From Methanomassiliicoccales archaeon (GTDB lineage: Archaea > Thermoplasmatota > Thermoplasmata > Methanomassiliicoccales > JAAEEP01): DNA of 64,000 bases. The stretch is taken from positions 146,124 to 210,123 of the forward strand of contig JBKHFJ010000001.1 of assembly GCA_046540255.1 (NCBI GenBank), given 5' to 3'. The notes beneath the pieces are model-generated. The model made no database searches. It was not told where the DNA came from and saw nothing but the letters and a program-made list of their open reading frames with translations. Position numbers and translations under genes: made by a program. Below are positions 61,795-64,000 of this stretch, in pieces. How positions within the stretch are numbered: position 1 is the first letter of the stretch; each line of letters starts with the position of its first letter.

Positions 61795-62781
61795 CTAGGC
61801 CAAGAAACCGAACTGGTCCAAGTATTTTGCCACGTCCACCGAGGTGCACGCGTACTCCTCGCAGTTGAGAACGGAGCTCCACTCCCCCCAGCAGTCGCAC
61901 TCGACCCCGTCCAGGTCCTTCGGGTCCTGGGAGAGGGAGAATCTCTGCACCGATGCCTTGAGCTCGGGGTCACACCGCCCGCAGTTGTGTATGCCCCTGG
62001 GGGTGCCGCCGCCCGAGGGGGCGGAGATCACCCTTCCCCCGTCCGAGGGGGCGCTCCTGAGGACCTCGATCAGGGACCACCACCAGGGTGGGCGGAACTC
62101 TCCCCTCCTCCAGATCCTATCGACCAGGGTTCCCTTCTGCACGTTCAGGGGGTTGATGCTGACGCTCTCCGAACGGCTGGTAGCAAGCTTCATCGAGCTG
62201 ACCGTGTCCCTGATCGCCTCCCTCTCGCCCAGGAAGGGAGGCTTGAGCAGGAGGTAGGTGCGGAGAGGTACCTCCAACCGCTCAAGAAGATCGGCCGCCC
62301 TCAGGTATTCCTCCAGGTCGAAACCCTTGTTGATGCACGCACTCCTGATCTCGTCAGAGGCCGACTCCAGCCCGATGGCCAGTTGTGACCTTTCCACGTC
62401 TATACCGTCAAAATTCCCCCTTCTAACGAACTCGGGGCGGCTCTCCAGCAGGATGCGCTCGCTGGAATCGAAGGCGGAGAAGAGCGACTCCCGGAAGGGG
62501 ACGGGGATCTCCTCCGGATCCAGGAAGCTTCCCGAAGTGTACACCTTGAGCATCTCCTCCCCATCGTACCTCTCCAGGGCCCTCTCCAGCTGCCTCTCCA
62601 GCTGGTGCAGCCCGATTCCCTGCGTGGAGGCGAGGTTGTATCCGCACATCAGGCAGCCCGAACGGTGGTACCACCAGCATCCGGTGGTGCGGAAGATGAT
62701 CACCAGGGCGTCGACCCTCCTGCCTCCGATCACGTCCTCCTCCTTCCAGCAGGCCTCCAGGAACTCGGTCTTCCGGGTCAT
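61795..62781 (-). CDS. radical SAM protein, TIGR01210/RaSEA-like (archaeosine biosynthesis family)
   Basis: ATG at 62781 (MTRKTEFLEACW...), 328 aa. IFRTTGCWWYHRSGCLMCGY matches the non-canonical Cys motif I recall for this family. Confidence 0.65.
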   Translation of the reverse strand: MTRKTEFLEACWKEEDVIGGRRVDALVIIFRTTGCWWYHRSGCLMCGYNLASTQGIGLHQLERQLERALERYDGEEMLKVYTSGSFLDPEEIPVPFRESLFSAFDSSERILLESRPEFVRRGNFDGIDVERSQLAIGLESASDEIRSACINKGFDLEEYLRAADLLERLEVPLRTYLLLKPPFLGEREAIRDTVSSMKLATSRSESVSINPLNVQKGTLVDRIWRRGEFRPPWWWSLIEVLRSAPSDGGRVISAPSGGGTPRGIHNCGRCDPELKASVQRFSLSQDPKDLDGVECDCWGEWSSVLNCEEYACTSVDVAKYLDQFGFLA

Positions 62782-62977
62782 CTTCCCCCCGAGAAACGTC
62801 CACCACCATATATAATCCCACGTCAGAGAGAAAGGACCGATCCCTACGGAAATCGCAATGCCATCATGGTCTTCCCGGCCGTGAGTGGATTTGAAGTCCC
62901 GATAACGAGGCCATATATACAGAAGTTGGAAACATATTAATATTCTGCTCCATTTATCCATTGGCAAAGGTGATCAT

Positions 62978-64000
62978 ATGGCACGTAAGATAGTAGTTAT
63001 CGGTACGGGGGCGGCTGGTATGCCGGCGGCCTCCACTGCCAGAAAGAATGACAAGGATGCGGAGATCAACGTCATCACGGATGACGAATACATAGCCTAC
63101 TCCCCCTGCGTCATCCCCTGGGTTCTGGAAGGGATGATGGGCTGGGACTACATAGTCATGCACGATCCGGAGTTCTACGAAAAGGAGAGGGACATCCACG
63201 TGCACACCCAGCTCAAGGCGACCGAGGTGGACATGGACAACAAGAAGGTGACCACCGAGGACGGCAGGGAGTGGGAGTACGACTCCCTGGTGCTGGCAAC
63301 GGGAGGGGACGTCTTCGTGCCCCCGATCGAGGGTAAGGACCTCCCGGGGGTCTTCACCGTTCGGAAGATCTGGGACGGCAAGAAGATCGAGGAGAAGATG
63401 AAGGGGGCCAAGTCCGCCGTGGTCGCCGGTGCAGGGGTGATCGGTCTGGAGATGGCCGTCTCCTTGAAGAGGGCGGGACTGGACGTCACCGTGGTGGAGA
63501 TGTTCCCCCAGGTAATACCCAGGATATTCGACAAGGACATGGCCGATATGGTGCAGAAAGAGGTGGAGGAGATGGGCGTGAATTTCGTCATGAACACGCC
63601 CATCGGTTCCGTCAATGGGGACGGGAAGGTCGAGAGCGTGACGGCCGGGGATAAGGAGTATCCCTGCGACTTCGTGATCATGTCCACCGGAGTGCGCGCC
63701 AATCTGGAGCTACCCAAGCAGATGGGTCTGGACATCGGTCCGCTGGGGGCGGTCCGGACGAGTCCCACCCTGCAGCCCTACCAGAAAGGTAGGATCGTCC
63801 CCGACGTTTACCTGGCCGGTGACGTGATACAGGTCCAGAGCGCCATCGTACCCGGTCCCACCATGAGCCAGCTGGGTTCCAGCGCGGTCAGGCAGGGGAT
63901 GGTGGCCGGCACCAACGCGGCCGGCGGCAGTGCCATCTACCCCGGGGTGGCCAGCCCCTGGATCAGCATGATCGGCGACCTGCAGTGCGCCGGTACGGGC
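62978..64000 (+). CDS. FAD-dependent pyridine nucleotide-disulfide oxidoreductase (NADH oxidase / CoA-disulfide reductase-like), 3' end outside window
   Basis: Not in the track because no stop lies within the window. My translation MARKIVVIGTGAAGMPAA...YSPCVIPW (redox Cys)...VVAGAGVIGLEMA shows two Rossmann GxGxxG motifs. Open to base 64000. Confidence 0.8.
   Translation, partial: MARKIVVIGTGAAGMPAASTARKNDKDAEINVITDDEYIAYSPCVIPWVLEGMMGWDYIVMHDPEFYEKERDIHVHTQLKATEVDMDNKKVTTEDGREWEYDSLVLATGGDVFVPPIEGKDLPGVFTVRKIWDGKKIEEKMKGAKSAVVAGAGVIGLEMAVSLKRAGLDVTVVEMFPQVIPRIFDKDMADMVQKEVEEMGVNFVMNTPIGSVNGDGKVESVTAGDKEYPCDFVIMSTGVRANLELPKQMGLDIGPLGAVRTSPTLQPYQKGRIVPDVYLAGDVIQVQSAIVPGPTMSQLGSSAVRQGMVAGTNAAGGSAIYPGVASPWISMIGDLQCAGTG

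Overview
This window is a visibly GC-rich, almost fully coding stretch of archaeal chromosome (about 80 genes, third codon positions strongly G/C-biased; GC not computed). The archaeal call rests on eL19, eL32, eS4, aSUI1, Rpp29, Cbf5, NAC and an initiator-type tRNA-Met. A Thermoplasmata-like affiliation is only my inference.

Gene content, left to right:
- porGDAB, a DUF1847 protein, a radical SAM protein, a methyltransferase, hypC and nac.
- Two tandem glnA paralogs, AlaX-L and Lrp.
- A bacterial-type aspS convergent with gatCAB.
- TPR, Zn-ribbon and CBS proteins, a CPA2 antiporter, a HAD phosphatase, mptA, rnhB and an SCP2 protein.
- tRNA-iMet and a DUF1622 gene interrupted by an in-frame TAA.
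- glpK-glpABC, a KaiC-like gene pair, and glmU-like plus glmS.
- Two tandem PD-(D/E)xK nucleases, one of them a Cas4-like protein with four transmembrane helices inserted.
- A Q/P-repeat membrane Zn-ribbon protein, AlaX-M, a DUF504 protein, ade plus hpt, an ABC-2 transporter and a TctA-like membrane protein.
- A tightly coupled operon of a P-loop-less RadB-like protein, an 82-aa protein and a family B DNA polymerase with degenerate exonuclease motifs and an altered motif C. A beta-CASP nuclease is transcribed divergently from it.
- cbf5-cmk-DUF106-secY and the complete L3-to-L15 ribosomal protein cluster on the minus strand, then a RaSEA-like radical SAM protein and a partial NADH oxidase-like gene.

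I found no rRNA, CRISPR array, transposase or integrase.

Most interesting observations:
- The degenerate RadB-like / small protein / PolB operon.
- The membrane-embedded Cas4-like nuclease paired with a TPD (C15orf41-like) nuclease.
- Four convergent gene pairs whose stop codons abut exactly in the palindrome TGATCA.
- A long, apparently structured leader upstream of rpl3.
- Tandem-repeat acidic extensions on uS3 and eL32.

All family assignments come from reading the translations, not from database searches.
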